Shown piece by piece: positions 1 through 14,219 of a stretch of DNA of 64,000 bases. The DNA lies in contig NC_081356.1 of NCBI RefSeq assembly GCF_030684315.1, forward strand, positions 110,001,723 through 110,065,722. Reading direction: 5' to 3'. The position numbers and the translations under genes are program-made. The notes under the pieces are model-generated. The model was given only the letters and a program-made list of their open reading frames with translations, had not been told where the DNA came from and made no database searches. Origin of the DNA: Stegostoma tigrinum (Eukaryota). Position 1 is the first letter of the stretch; each line of letters opens with the position of its first letter.

Positions 1-2731
1 AGTGGAGCACATAACAGAACAGCAACAGGAATTATCTGAAACACAAGTTCATTTTTCATTGGAAGTCTAGTCATATACACTTATTAGTTTCATCATAAAT
101 CACATTTATGTAAACAATACTATTTCTCCTAGCATGCTGACGTATGGTGAAATGATTTTTTTTTGAAAAAGTTATGCATTACACATGCAAATTGAACCAA
201 AAATTGCATGTGTATGCAAATCGTCTTTTTTTTCTTCATTTACTAATAAGTCATTTTAGGTTAACATTAGCTTAAATGTTTGATCCACAGAACCATTAAA
301 CAAACATTAAATTTCACTTGAGATAACAAGGCGTAGAGCTAGATGAACACAGCAGGGTGCGCAGAAAAGCTGATATTTCAGATCTGGACCCTTTTTCTGA
401 AGGGCCCAGGCCGAAAATGTCAACTTTTCTGCTTGGCCTGCTGTGTTCATCCAGCCCTATGCCTTGCTACCTCAGATTCTTCAGCATCAGCAGTTCCTAC
501 TATCTCTTAAATTTCACTTGATTGTCTTTTAACAGGGTTAGATTCACATTCTGAGACAATTCAAGTTGCATAGTTATGGAAGTCCGCATTAAGTTGAGAC
601 ATGCAGATTTCAATAGTTATATACTTCATGGTAAAGCACTTTTTAAAAAGTTTCATATAGGGTTAACTACAAAGTGTTCATTTATGAAACCAATTATGTT
701 TTTCCTGCAATCACTAATTTATTTTACTCCCCACCCCAACTCACAACGCTCCTGTTTAAATGCATAAATTCTCTCAATCTCGTTCAGTGGTGCAGCAGCA
801 AGGTTAGCATGACCTAATTTTGTAACTGCAGTCTATATTACCCTGTAGCTAGACAATCCAAATGTGCTTTGTAAGTGGCAAATAACTTACTAGTAAACAA
901 AATTTTCACTGTAAAGTTGGAAGAAAAATGAGGTACACTCTAGCTCCTCAAACTACAATAGCAAAACTTACAAGCTGAGTTACAGCATTGACAATTCATG
1001 ATTTTGTTTAATTCGGAAGGGTAGTGTTTCACGCAATCCGTGCTATTGAGCCACATTATGCAGCTAAATATTTATCTGTGTCTGTGGGGGTATTTTGGTT
1101 TTTTTTTCCTGAAGTCTGAAAACATACACCTAGTTACAAAACACTTGAGCTTTTGAGTTGTGTGAAACAATAAACTATATTAATGAAACAAGTTCTAAGA
1201 TAAAGAATTTTAACATCAACTGTTATTTTCCACTAGCATGGCTACCATAAGTTCTGTTGCAGGTTTACAATTATATCCTTTACAAATCATGATTTTCTTT
1301 TCTATAATTGAGGTACTAAACAAAGGGCTAAGGCCCATGAGTACAGGGCAATGGCAAAACTGAAAACAAAGATGAGGAAAATTAGAAAACAGCAATTAGA
1401 TCATCATCAGTTTGGGTTTCAAAAGCCTGAAAATTGTAGGAAGGATTGAATCAGAGGAAGATGAATTGCTCCAGTTTTTAAACCTACTGCAAGGTAGCAT
1501 TACAGACACTAAAAATATTAACTCTTGGCCTGGCTATAGGTGTTTGACACCTTTTCAAACATTTTTAGTGTTTCCTGGATACGTTGTAATAAAAAGGTTA
1601 CACTGACTAAAAAGAAACATAGCTAAAATGTACTTTTGAAATAGCTGAAAAATCATTGCCGTTTAATGAAGAATCTCTGAAACAAGTTTGAAATTTTTGT
1701 TTAATTCTTGGCTCATTACAGCCAAATATGCTACTCAGGTTGCATTAATGAAGACTCAAAATGCATCAGTTTGTGCTCCCTCCCCTTCCAACTTTAGAAG
1801 TTGCATTCACAGGCGGCTTTGGTGTTTTAAAAACACCTAACAGAAGATTTATAACAACTGACAACACTTTTACAGGCAACAAAACAAAGCTTATATCGTG
1901 GGTATGTTTTTCTTTGAAAATATACAATATGCAGCCCTGCATAGCAATATCTGGAAAAACACATCAGCTTTAAAACAGGAAAACAAAAAAAAACACAAAA
2001 TCCGGTATGTTAGGCTGATACCATTTTTCTTGATTGACTCTCCCAGAGTGTCATAATCCTTACATATTATATACAATGATTCTACATACTGTGTGCCATT
2101 TTTTATTGAAGTCTTTTTCTCCAGGTTTTAACAGGTTTATAAAGCAGGCTGAAATGCCTGAACTCTACAAATCTGGCACTTTGTTACGGTGATCCAATTC
2201 CTTCACCTATCAAACAAAGCATTCCCTTTCTCATCTTAATTCTGGTAGATTTCCAAAGTGCCAGTTTGCTTTACTTAAAGTCCTCATTTACTTGTCAAAC
2301 CAGTCATTCCTTTTTGATACATTTCCTCAGTTCGGATCTAAGAAACACATCTCCAAAAGATACAATTAACATTTCAATGTTCCTTCTTCAGGTTTCTTTT
2401 GTAATATCCCTGGGGTGTGCAGTATCCAACATTCCAGCTGGTAAATCATCATCTTGAAGAACGTAAACAAGCACCAATAAAAATAGGCCCCAACATCCCC
2501 AACAAGGAGATGGTTTTGCCATTATCAATTAACTTGTGCTTTCTTAAAAAGCACTTCAGGATTTTACATTCGCAGCTCCACACGTTTACTTCTCCCAGTT
2601 AAATCTGTGGAAAGCTCAAATTCACTTTGCATACTGTCTTCTGAATAGGAGTCAAACTGAATCAGAGCAAAGGAGTATGAGCCTTTTCAATGACGTCAAG
2701 TCCAGAAATCAAAAACCAAGGTGTTTAGCTC
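1..2731 (-). other. PIK3R1: PIK3R1 3'UTR / downstream region (true end not determinable)
   Basis: Follows the TGA at 2732-2734; AT-rich; minus-strand AATAAA candidates at 2102-2107 and 718-723; mammalian PIK3R1 has a multi-kb 3'UTR. Confidence 0.6.
321..506. mobile_element. Penelope-derived fold-back mini-element
   Basis: Inverted arms (gatgaacacagcagg...cctgctgtgttcatc) plus gattct(t)cagcatc.gcagttcctactatctc tail; TTAAATTTCACTTGA duplicated at 307-321 and 507-521. Confidence 0.8.
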
Positions 2732-2992
<261 letters not shown>

Positions 2993-3399
2993 TTAAGGCA
3001 AGGTACAAATATTTCCAATTTTTTAAAAACAGAAAATAACATTTCTTAGCTTAGGCAGCAACGCAGACTATTACAGTATTTTCCTTTTATACAATGGTGC
3101 ACTAAAAAGATGAGAAATATTCTCCAACAAGGGAAGCTGTGATATTGCTTTGAGAAAGGATGCAACTTCAGATTAAACAATTGACCACAGACGAAAAAGT
3201 TGCTTGAAAGTCTAATTTCTTTTATGCGAACACATTGAGGTAATGGTAAAAATCTGGGAGGAGACAGAGTCAGGCACAGGTTTTAGGGAAAGAATAAAAA
3301 CAAGGTATTGGACTTATAATGATGGTCAGAAATTGTCATCACAGGGAATTTGGTCAAATCATTGGTCAAAAATTGCCATCTTGGGTCAATTGGTAGAAT

Positions 3400-3680
3400 T
3401 CTATTCCCCATCAATACCTTCTAAACCAGTGACTTCTACCACCCGCGAAGGACAACAGCATAGATACATGGGAACACCAATACCTGCAAGTTCTGTTCAA
3501 AGGCCTGGGCAATCGCTGTTCCTTCCCTGCAGCTGGGTCATAACCCTGGAAGTTCTTTCCTAACAAGATGGAGGGTGTACTTACACACCAATTGCATTGG
3601 TTGAAGGAAATGGCTCATCATCTTCAAGGACAATTATGGATGGGCATTAACTGCTGGCTCAGCCACATCCATGAAGAAAT
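3400..3680 (+). mobile_element. Old LINE 3'-end fragment (L2/CR1 superclade, family uncertain)
   Basis: Shares the gggcaataaatgctggc...cccacatcc-type tail with copies near 5955-6090 (-), 32920-33330, 46440-46840 and 47370-48770. Confidence 0.55.
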
Positions 3681-4005
3681 AAGAAAAACAAAGTTGTGGT
3701 TTCAAGCCATACCCCCAGGACATAACATTGGTTGTGACACTGCTGAAAGATGGCTAAGCTGAATGTTAAATTGAAGCCCATGCCATCTACTACTTAAACC
3801 ATGATTTTATTTAAAAAAATTGTAATCTTGATATGTGCAAAATGGTTGCATGCTCACTTATGAATGAATCTAAAAAACATACTACAAAAAAGTAATACGA
3901 GAAACATTTTGTTTTATATGAATTTGAATGTTTAGTTGCTTTATACATGTGAAGATTGAGCTTTAAATTTCTAGCATATCTGTTGCAAAAGGTAAGTATA
4001 CATAC

Positions 4006-4176
4006 ACGACTGAGCAAGCATAACAGCCTGGTTTGCTGCTCTCTCTAACTAGGAATGTTCCATCCCGTTTTCCTCTCAATAAGCTCTCTGCCCGAATCCT
4101 GTTGATATTTCCTACATTCCACGTTCGTTCATCGTGATGGGGTAGATCTTCATCATCATCTACCATAGAGTATTGG
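4006..4176 (-). CDS. PIK3R1: PIK3R1 exon, cSH2 N-half ([19 protein letters not shown]...[16 protein letters not shown])
   Basis: 171 bp, AG/GT flanks, FLVRES SH2 signature. Confidence 0.98.
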
Positions 4177-4258
4177 CTAAAAGAAATTTAAATGTTTTCA
4201 ATAATAAAGGTGACAAAACATGAAATGTTACACTATTAGAAATAAGTTGTTCACTTAC

Positions 4259-4333
4259 TCTTCAGCATTCTCATTCTTAATTCCAAGCCACTCATTGATC
4301 TTCTTTTGCCGAACACCCTTCTGTGTCAACCAC
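4259..4333 (-). CDS. PIK3R1: PIK3R1 exon, end of iSH2 (WLTQKGVRQKKINEWLGIKNENAE)
   Basis: 75 bp, AG acceptor at 4334-4335, GTAAGT donor; in frame with neighbours. Confidence 0.97.
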
Positions 4334-4932
4334 CTTCAAAAAATTTGAAAAATGATGTTACTGGGAGTTTGATTGAACTTAAGTGCACTTTCTGGGACTT
4401 GGAAGACTGTTCTGAATCTCCATTCTAACTTTAGGAGTCTTATTTCTTTGCCCAAATAAGTTATGACTGTACATGTCTCCATCAATCAAAAAAAATCCAT
4501 GCATTTAAGAAATCTTATCTAGAATTAGCTTAGTCTTCATTTGTACAGATAAAGAACAGAATGCAATAGTGATGGATTTAATTTCTAGACTAAGTGATGC
4601 AGTTGAGCCATGAGGAGCTCAAAAATTGATGCTAAGATTTTTATCTAAACATTACGAACAAGAATCATTTTCTTGTCTTATTTGAAATACTATCACAATC
4701 TTGTTTTATTGATTGTCATAAATACTGGCTTAAAAGTCAAATACAAAACACTGCAAATGCTTTAATTCTGAAATCAAAACCAAACAAAAAAGATCTTGAG
4801 ATACTCAGTATGTCAGACAGTAACATTGGAAAGAGAAGTAGAATCAATATTTAAGTTTCTCTTTCCAGAAGTGATGCCTGACCAGACGACCACCGAGTGT
4901 TTAATGCTCTTTAAAAAAAGTACTTTGCTTAC

Positions 4933-5109
4933 GAAAGGTACTGGTCTCTTGTCTTTCTTAATTGAATCAGGTCAGGTTTAATGCTGTTCATTCTTTTGTC
5001 AGTTTCTCGATAAACAGCTGCTTGTTTCTTCAATTCTTCTTCTAATCTTCGCTTGCTGTCAACAATCTCACTGATGCGGGACTTCAGTTTTTCATAATTT
5101 ACCATAATT
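4933..5109 (-). CDS. PIK3R1: PIK3R1 exon, iSH2 ([18 protein letters not shown]...[21 protein letters not shown])
   Basis: 177 bp, canonical splice sites, matches the p85alpha iSH2 coiled coil. Confidence 0.98.
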
Positions 5110-5249
5110 CTAGACAGAAGTCAAACATTAGCAATGAAGAAGTTTGAAAAACACATTTTGAAACTAAACTGGAAAATATTAATTAAGATAATATGCAACC
5201 TCAATAACCATGAAAAGACCAATTCCCCACCCCGGATACACGCTAAAAT

Positions 5250-7270
5250 CTATTCCACTAAAAATGAGCAAATTAGCCATAAAGAGATGAGAATTAAAAA
5301 AGAAGACTAAATCCAAACAAAAAGAGCCATGCACAAAGTCTATAATCAGGAAGAGAAGCTAACTAGGGAATATGAAAAGATTTATAGAAAAACAAATAGA
5401 AAACAAAGAAAATGCAAAATGAAAGCACAAAAGCATGAAAAGAAACTTGTGTACACAAGAACGAAAACAAAATGACAACAGTAAGAGGAATATTACAAAG
5501 GAGAAGATAGAATAAGAGCGATATTAGATAAATGAACCAAGCTTAACAGCAAAATTCCATATCTCGGAGGATATCAGATCAGTGGCCGATCAAAAATCTA
5601 AAGAGGTGGCTGGACAGCATCCACGTACAAAGGTTCAAGTAGTAAAGGATGTCTGGCATACAAAAATATAACTTATCTTCAAAAATGTTACAGAATTAAT
5701 CCAGGAACCTAAAACAGACCAGCAGTAGTCTGAATGACACTAGAGAATGGCTGAAAGATCAAATAATAAAAGATAAAAAAAGTAGTCAATACAGATTTCT
5801 ACAAGAGTTGTGTTTAACAAGCCTTGTTCAATTCTAAAAAATGATAAAAAGAGGGAAAAAAAAGAGCTGATAGTGGGTGCAGTGCACTCCTGATAGCAAA
5901 AACCTTCAAAATGTTGATGTTAAAGTTGGTGTGTCAAAATCCTGTATTTGTCTCCCTCAGGGCATTGTGGGTCAACCTAGTACATGAATTGCTGGATTCA
6001 AGAAGGCAGTTCACTACCACCATACCATAGGCAACCAGGCATAGACAAAAAAATGCTAGCCAGTCAGCCATGCCCACATAAATATAAAAATAATGCACAG
6101 AGACACTTGTGATCAACAGTCACGAACAAGTTAGCAGAACAGGTTCGAGGCTGAAAGGGCGGAAGTTAAGGAAGGTCTCTCAGACTGGTAGAAATGGAAG
6201 GTCTATGTCCCACAATGATTCATGTTAGTATAATATTTATGTGCACTGTAAATAACATATGAATTCAGACTATTGACTTGTGTTGGCAAGGGGAATTGTC
6301 AGTTAATAATGCTGAAGACAGCAGCAAAATATAGGATGCCAAATAATAAATGGTTTGACTAATTGTTGGCTAAGTGGAAAATAGCATTCCATGTAGTGAA
6401 ATATGAAGGAAATTCTTATCATTGATGGAATAAGGAATTCACATACTCCTTGGAAAGTCTGCAAACTACATGAAATATGGGCATACAGACAAACGAATCA
6501 AAAGTAGCCACACACAAACTGATTACCCACAAAAGCCTGCACAGTAAATACACGCATTCACTGCTACAGTAACAGCATACAAAAGCTGTAACATAACATT
6601 AAATTTATGTAGAACCTAGTATGTGCAATTTTTGTTTCCATGCTCCAGAAAAGATAGTGAAGCACTGCAGAAGAGGATTTGTGTACACTAAAAGAATTCA
6701 AAGAACACAACTATAAATAAAAGTGGCAATGAAAGAGAAACAACTTTGGAAAAAGAAGTGGTTCAATAGGGTGAATACGGAGAAACATTTTCCAAATGTG
6801 GGCACATCCAGAACAAGGGATATAAATCACAGAAGAAGTGATCACTGCAGAAGGAAGCTACTCAGTCCATTATGCCAGCACCAGCTCGTTAAATGAGCAT
6901 CGTTAGCTAGCAACAATATCCTGGTTTTTCTTCCCCCTCCCCATAACCCTGAACAATATTTTTAATCAAAATAATTATCTAGTGCCCTCTGAATACCTCA
7001 ATTGAAGCTACTTCTACCATGCTTCTAAGTAATGCATTCCACAACCTAAATACTCGCTGATAGACTTTCACACTTTCCTCTTGTCTTGGTCCTTTTATAA
7101 ACTGGAAGGTTCTCTGTATGTGCTTTACCTAGCCTGCTCATGACTTTGAAGACCACTATCAGATCTTTTAGTCTTCTCCTCTCCAAGCAGAACAGTCACA
7201 ACTTCTTCAATCCATCTTCTAACTGAAGTTCTGCATCCAAAACTATTCCTGTAAACTGCCTTTGCAGTCA
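5250..7270. mobile_element. Heavily decayed CR1-like LINE fragments (+ then -)
   Basis: Degenerate similarity to the better-preserved CR1 copies in the window; no intact ORF. Confidence 0.45.
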
Positions 7271-7932
7271 ACAAGCATTATTGTAGGAAACAGCACACAG
7301 CAAACCAGTTTATCCTGTCATTTATGCTTTACTTAAGGCTTCTCCCAAATTTCATCCAAGTTCACCATGGCAAGGTGGTGGTATAATGATAATGTTACTG
7401 GCTTAGTAATCCAGAGGTCCAGCAAAGATCAGCAACTGATAGATTTTCACATCAATTAATCAAACTGGAATTAAAATCTGCTCTTTGTAATGGGGGATCG
7501 CAAAAGCATAAATGACTGCTGTAAAAACCTCAGATTCACTAATATTTTATAGGGAAGGAAATCTGTTATCCTTCCCAGGTCTGGCCTACATAACTCCAGA
7601 CCAACAGTGATGTGGTCAACTCAAATGCCTTCTTGACTGAGCAAGCTACTCAAGTATTTCAAACCCCTCAGCACGCCCACATCAGTATATCCTCCTACAT
7701 CAAGTATCCACAGTCCTCTTAAATGCATCAATACCATGTATCATGGAGTGATCATGGCAACAAGTTCCATATTCTCACTATTCTCTCATTAAAAAGGTTT
7801 CTTCTGAATCTTTTTCACAAAATACAGCAAATTAACTGCCAAATAAAACATAACACTACTTCTGGAAACTAGACCTTTATGAACTTCTAAAATATCTAAA
7901 CTGAAGATGTTAAATCAAGACAAAATACAAAC

Positions 7933-8075
7933 CTCTGAATCTCCTTCTCATTCCCTTCTCGTCTGAATTTTTCAATATACTCCTTGCTGTACCTTTCCTG
8001 TGTTTGACACTGTTCTTCAAATATTTTGATTGTCTCATTAAATGCTTCAATAGCTGTCCTTTTCATTTGAATTTC
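7933..8075 (-). CDS. PIK3R1: PIK3R1 exon, iSH2 ([48 protein letters not shown])
   Basis: 143 bp, AG/GT flanks, nearly identical to p85alpha. Confidence 0.98.
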
Positions 8076-8275
8076 CTAATTGAAAAAAAATAAATTACTA
8101 TGTGCAAAACATTATGTATCAGAAGTGGAAAATCTTGATTTCTTAATAAGAGTTTTAATTATTTTCCTTAGAAGTAATTAGTTTATCCAGTCACCCAAAT
8201 ATTTCATCATGATATGCACTACAGAATTCAGTCCAATAAAAATAACTTGTAATAGAAGCAACTTGGTTGGTGTCA

Positions 8276-8413
<138 letters not shown>

Positions 8414-8518
8414 CTAAAGAAAACGGGAGATGACATGACATAAAACTACAAATACTATGCAATAGTTAAAAGCTGGCTGCTCCCGAAGAACATCTCAAAT
8501 AGTATTACTGATAGAATC

Positions 8519-8623
8519 AGAGATAATGGGAACTGCAGATGCTGGAGATTCCAAGACAATAAAATGTGAGGCTGGATGAACGCTTGGCCTGCTGTGTTCA
8601 TCCAGCCTCACATTTTATTATCT
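8519..8623. mobile_element. Penelope-derived fold-back mini-element with central deletion
   Basis: aataaaatgtgaggctggatgaac / gttcatccagcctcacattttatt inverted arms; tcaaatagtattactg duplicated at 8495-8510 and 8624-8639. Confidence 0.8.
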
Positions 8624-8774
8624 TCAAATAGTATTACTGTCTAGATTTGAACATTATAACACTTAAAGTATAAAGGAAGCACAGTAAAATATAGCACACC
8701 AGGTTCATTACAATTTAAAAGAATAGGACACCCTTCAAAGTATGAAGAAGTTCAGAAATTGGACTTCTCAACTA

Positions 8775-9038
<264 letters not shown>

Positions 9039-9133
9039 TCACATTTCACAGTTTCAAGTGATAAGTTGTGTGATAACATCTATCAAGATGCTTTAAAGAA
9101 TGAATATTTGACAGCAAATGTTTAGAAAATTTA

Positions 9134-9307
<174 letters not shown>

Positions 9308-10477
9308 CTAAATTAGACCATCATGCTCTAAAGCTTTTAATTCTGCATGAATTCTAATAAGATCACCACTTCTTCTGGAATTCTCTGATGATATTTTGCA
9401 AAGTCATTACGAACTACTGAGGTTTATTTTAGACAGAGGAGATAGGCCCCAATTTCACATCAGCCAGAATAGAAATATGTTGTTGATATTATCTGATCCT
9501 TGGATTAGCCATCTTGCCAACGGCACCTGGCAAGGTACGGGCTAGGAATTTAGTTAGCCAGAACAATTAATTTAGAAGAATTTTCAAAGTCCTGCTGGAG
9601 AATGGAATAGCAAATACGAAGTTGTCACTTTGAGAATTAGCTTTTTCTTCTTTAGAAGGCGATCTATATTTCAGGGAAACTTTTATGCACACTACATAGA
9701 TGATGTGTACGTACAGTTTAGAAATGGATTATTCAGCAAACTAGCTCATACTGACACTTGTGCTCCACTCAAAACTGTCTCCCACCTTTCCTCACCTAAA
9801 AAAATCATAAGCCTCCATTTCCTTATCTCTCAAATGCTAGTCTATCCTTACCTTAAAATGCATAATAGCTACCTCCTTCAACCATGTCCTGTGGTAGCGA
9901 GTTCCACATTCACCTAATCGCTTAAAGGAAATTACTTCTAAATTCCCGATCAGATTTTCTGGTGACCCTATTGTTGGTGTTGAGTAATGCTCGTCCCACA
10001 AATAGCAACATTCTCGCTGTATCTACTTGTGTCAACACCTTTTAAATACATCTATTAGGTCACCTTTACACTGCCTTTTTTCTAACAGAAAAGAAACAGT
10101 CTATAAATCTACTCGTGAAACGTATGTTCGCGAATTAATCCAGTTCAGTTTTAATCTGAATTGAGGGGCACGAAAGAAATCTTTTCATCAAGATATTCTT
10201 GACTTCTGAACACCCGAATTAAATCATATTCTTCTGTTCTATCCTTGTTGACAATTAGAAAACCTCTACTCTCACTATATATAAATAATTAAAAACTTTC
10301 CGGTTTGTTGCTATCCAGCTTTAAGTAATCTTCTGCCTGGCAACCTCCTACTATTTATGTTTGGATCAAATGAAAACAAGTAAAAAATGTATTTTCCTGA
10401 TCACCTGTCTCAGGTAAACTATCATGTTCAGTTTCATTCCAATTTGGGAGTAGAGAATACCAAAGTTATAGGCTTAC

Positions 10478-10580
10478 CTTGAAATGTCTCCCCAGTACCA
10501 TTCAGCATCCTGCAGAGACATGTTACTGTTTATACCGTTATTAGTTACAGGTGTGGGCTTTGGTGGTTTTGGAGGTAAAG
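10478..10580 (-). CDS. PIK3R1: PIK3R1 first common exon ([34 protein letters not shown])
   Basis: 103 bp, phase-1 acceptor shared by p85 and p55 isoforms; proline-rich motif 2 plus start of nSH2. Confidence 0.98.
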
Positions 10581-10759
10581 CTGCATAAAATAAAAATAAA
10601 GTACAATTTCATAAAATGCCCTTAACTTTTTTTGACACAAATCTGCCGTATAACGCGAAAGTATGGCATGGCAAAATACTCCAAGTAAAGCATTAAATAG
10701 AAGGGGATCAAAAAGCTCCACAATTAACCAAAGGAACCCAAAACCCCACGGTTTAATTT

Positions 10760-10996
10760 AAAAGCAAAATAATGCAGATACTGAGAATCTGAAACTAAAA
10801 TAAAACGCTACAGAAACTCAGCAAGTCTGCCAGCATTTGTGGAGAGAGGAACAGAGAGAGTTAATGTTTCAAGCCCCAATATGCTTCTTGTTCAAAGCCC
10901 ATTAGATTATGAAGTCATATTGGCCTTTAAACTGTGAGCTATGTTTCTCTCTCCACAGATGCTACCAGAACAAAGTTTCTTCAGCATTTTCTGTGC
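10760..10996. mobile_element. Older Penelope-like fold-back element (second family)
   Basis: cagcatttgtggagagag...ttaatgtttc versus tttctctctccacagatgct inverted arms; relatives at about 4740-4910, 31100-31230, 55064-55305, 57130-57300 and 58095-58180. Confidence 0.6.
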
Positions 10997-11513
10997 CTGT
11001 AACATCACATATTACTTCAACTTGATGCTCTCAAAATTGTTCAATTGCGCGCACAGTTAAAAGTAACCATGTACTAATTTAAGTTGCAGTTGTTCTGGTT
11101 AAAATCAGATTCTGTTCAACTCCTACCTTACTGAAGCATTTTAACATGTGTAAATCAACCTGCTTGGATGTGTTATGACATACCTCCCTCACCTGGACTT
11201 TCTGATCCAGAGGTATTGAGATGCAGTGGCAGTGTCTCTATCCTAAATGAAACGTTTCACACCAACGACACGCAACATATTTTAACAGCAAGCTAGAAAC
11301 CTGGTTTCTGAAATTAATAGGTTGACTAAAATATGTAAATGCAGTAGTGGTGGTGGTCATCCTTGCTGTAAGGATTCAATATGGAGAATATTCCATATCT
11401 AATGAGGTCAACCATACTCCTCCCTTCATTCAGTTCTGAAGAAAGCTTTTGCTTTCCAAAATCTCGAACACTGATATGTATAAATCAAAAAACCCTCCAA
11501 TTTCTTACAAATT

Positions 11514-12418
11514 TAGGGTCATGCAGCACAAACAGATCCTTCCGTTCAACCACTCCCTGCTGACCGTGGTCCCAAACCAAACCAGTCCCACTGCCAGTGT
11601 TTGACCCATTTTCCTCTAAACCTCTCCTTTTCATGTATTTATCCAAATGTCTTTTAAATGTTGTAACTGTAAATGCATCATTCCACATATGAACCATGTG
11701 GAAACTGCCCCTCCTGTCCTTTTTAAATCTTTTTCCTCACTTTTTAGAAACATGCTACCTAGTTTTGAATTCCTCCACCCTAAGAAAAAGCCTTTGCTAA
11801 TCACCTTTTCTATGCCCTGATGATTTTATAAACCACTATAAAAGGTCACCCCTCAACATTCTATGCTCCAGTGGGAATATTCGCAGCCTCTGTTTATAAC
11901 TCAAACCCGCCATTCCCAACATCCTGGCAAATCCTATTTTCTGAATCTTCTCCACTTTAGTAATATCCTTTCTATAGCAGGATAACCAGAACAATACACA
12001 GTACTTCCGAAGAGACCTCACCAACTTCTTGTGTAACTTCAATTTGACATCCTAATTTCTATACTCAAAGGTTGAGTAATGATGGTAAGCATGCTAAAAT
12101 GCCTTTTTCACCACTGTCTACAGGTGACACAAATTTCAAAGAATTACGTTCCTGAATCCCTAGGTCTCTGTCCTACAACATACCCAGGATCCTACCATTA
12201 ACGGCCTAAGTTCTGTTCTTGTTCGTTTTACCAAACTACAATACCTCTCATTTATCCAAATTAAACTTCCCCTGCCATTCCTCAGCCCACTGCCCCAACT
12301 GATCAAGACCTCTTTGTAATGTTAGATAATCTTCATAGTCATCCATACCACCAATTTGGTGTCATTCGCAAACTTACTAACTATGCCTCAAATTTACATC
12401 CAAGTCATTTATGTAAAT
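11514..12418 (-). mobile_element. CR1 (HER1-like) LINE 3' fragment
   Basis: ORF 11836-12042 (LVRSLRKYCVLFW...LRGDL) is the CR1 ORF2 C-terminus; 3' tail near 11514. Confidence 0.85.
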
Positions 12419-13994
12419 ATGGTTTTAAAATATGGCACTCAGACTGAAAATCAACTCTGCAGAGTTGGAATCCAAGCATTAGTCTGACTTCATACTGAAA
12501 TAATCTGGGTGATTTTCCAGGTGACAAAGTACAATTCTATATATTACTAATCTAAAAAACATTTTCAGGTGATTATACAAACTAAATCAAATCACGAGCA
12601 TCTCATTTGGTTTTAAAATTAAACACAGAAGGACATATTAACGTAACCACTAACTGGTATTAGACGATCAGCAAGAAATTATGTAAATGAGGAGATTTGT
12701 TAATTAGACATTCAATTTACTGCTTTAATCAATAGCAATCAATTCACATCTGACAGATAAATAATGGATACTAAAATCTGAAATTTAAGCACGATCCCAA
12801 CCTGTTTCAAATATTCTCCATCCTCAAGAAACTACTTCACATTTCAAATTTATGGATATAGTTTACAAAAAGCTGCTTCAAAAAATTTCTACACCAATTA
12901 AGTGTAATTTTCTTCCAACAGCTAAAGTAATGAACGGGTTAAGGGATTGTACTGAAACCTTGCTTACAAAAGGTTTTGAAATGAACCATACAGAAAGATT
13001 CAGCAGCCAATAAAAACAATACTGCAGGATTTTTTCAGCTTCAGTGGATATTAAACCTTCAAAAGATTGGTCATTATTATAGACACAACACTAAGCATAG
13101 CCTAGTTCTTTGTAAAATTTATATGAACCTTAAATACGGTCACTAGGACATCTCACACTAACTACAGTACTGTCATTAATAATATATTTTAAAAAATGGT
13201 GATTTCAGCTAATACTGTTGCGTGCTTTTAAAAAGATTAGAAGTTTTCATAAATCAATTACTTATTCATATCAATTGTGTGAAATCCTGATTAAAATGGT
13301 AGATAACATTCTTACCAAATGCTAAATACTCAAAAGCCAGCTTTTTATAAATTTATATTAAAACCTTTCCTAAAAAGCTGTTCTTTCACACAAAACTAAT
13401 TTCATAACACACTGCTCCAGCAATGAATTTAATCTTAAATTTGTCAATAAAATAGCTCTATGATGCTGCATCTAATAAAAGGTTTTTTTTAAAAATCTGA
13501 GCCGTCCCAGTTGCTTCATTAACACCACTGTTGACTCATTAAAGACATCTTTGATAAATGCATAATTTTTACATTGCCACTTCAGTTTCAAGAACGTTCA
13601 TTGTTTTTTCCTTCCTGAATATCAGCCACACACTACTAACCCTATGGCAGGATAAAAATGTTAAATACTTCACTATATAGAATTTTAGTCTTTTGGCTTT
13701 AATGCAGATTTCCTGTATTTAACGTACTTGAAAAGGATAAAGGTAGTCCTATCCACCATTCAATGGAGTTACAAGCAGTGATTGAAGTACCCCCCTACAG
13801 CACTAAAGTTAACGTATCTAGTACAAGAGGAAGGAAAACGTGCATCAGCAGCAACAAATATGCTTTGTTGAGGCTGAAAAATTTTAAACATTTAACATCC
13901 AGTAATTACTAAAAAAAACAACTCTGCTTTGTCACAGACTGTACACAAATACCTACATTAAACCAGTGCTGTTTTGGTTTTACTGTAGAATTAC

Positions 13995-14100
13995 CTGGTG
14001 GATCCATCTCTATGTAAAACATCAAATCTGTGGCACAGTGAATTTCTGTTCTACGATAATCTAATTCTAGTTCTTCCATATTCCAAACTGTCTTGTACAT
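13995..14100 (-). CDS. PIK3R1: p55alpha alternative first coding exon (MYKTVWNMEELELDYRRTEIHCATDLMFYIEMDPP)
   Basis: Matches the p55alpha N-terminus (MYNTVWNMEDLDLEYAKTDINCGTDLMFYIEMDPP); phase-1 CAG|GTAA donor joins the 10580 acceptor, predicting 456 aa. Confidence 0.97.
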
Positions 14101-14219
14101 TAAGATTCAAACATTGCTGTTCAGGGTCAATCATAAGAAGAAATGCTGTCTTTTTACAATGGTGTCTTGGAATTCATTTTAAAACCTATGAAGGGCTGCA
14201 CTGTAACCTCTTACATCAT

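Noticed and set aside
4177-4258. Alternative acceptor giving the mammalian 8-aa insertion isoform (p85I)
   Set aside because: No AG 24 nt upstream of the acceptor in this 82-bp intron (AT instead).
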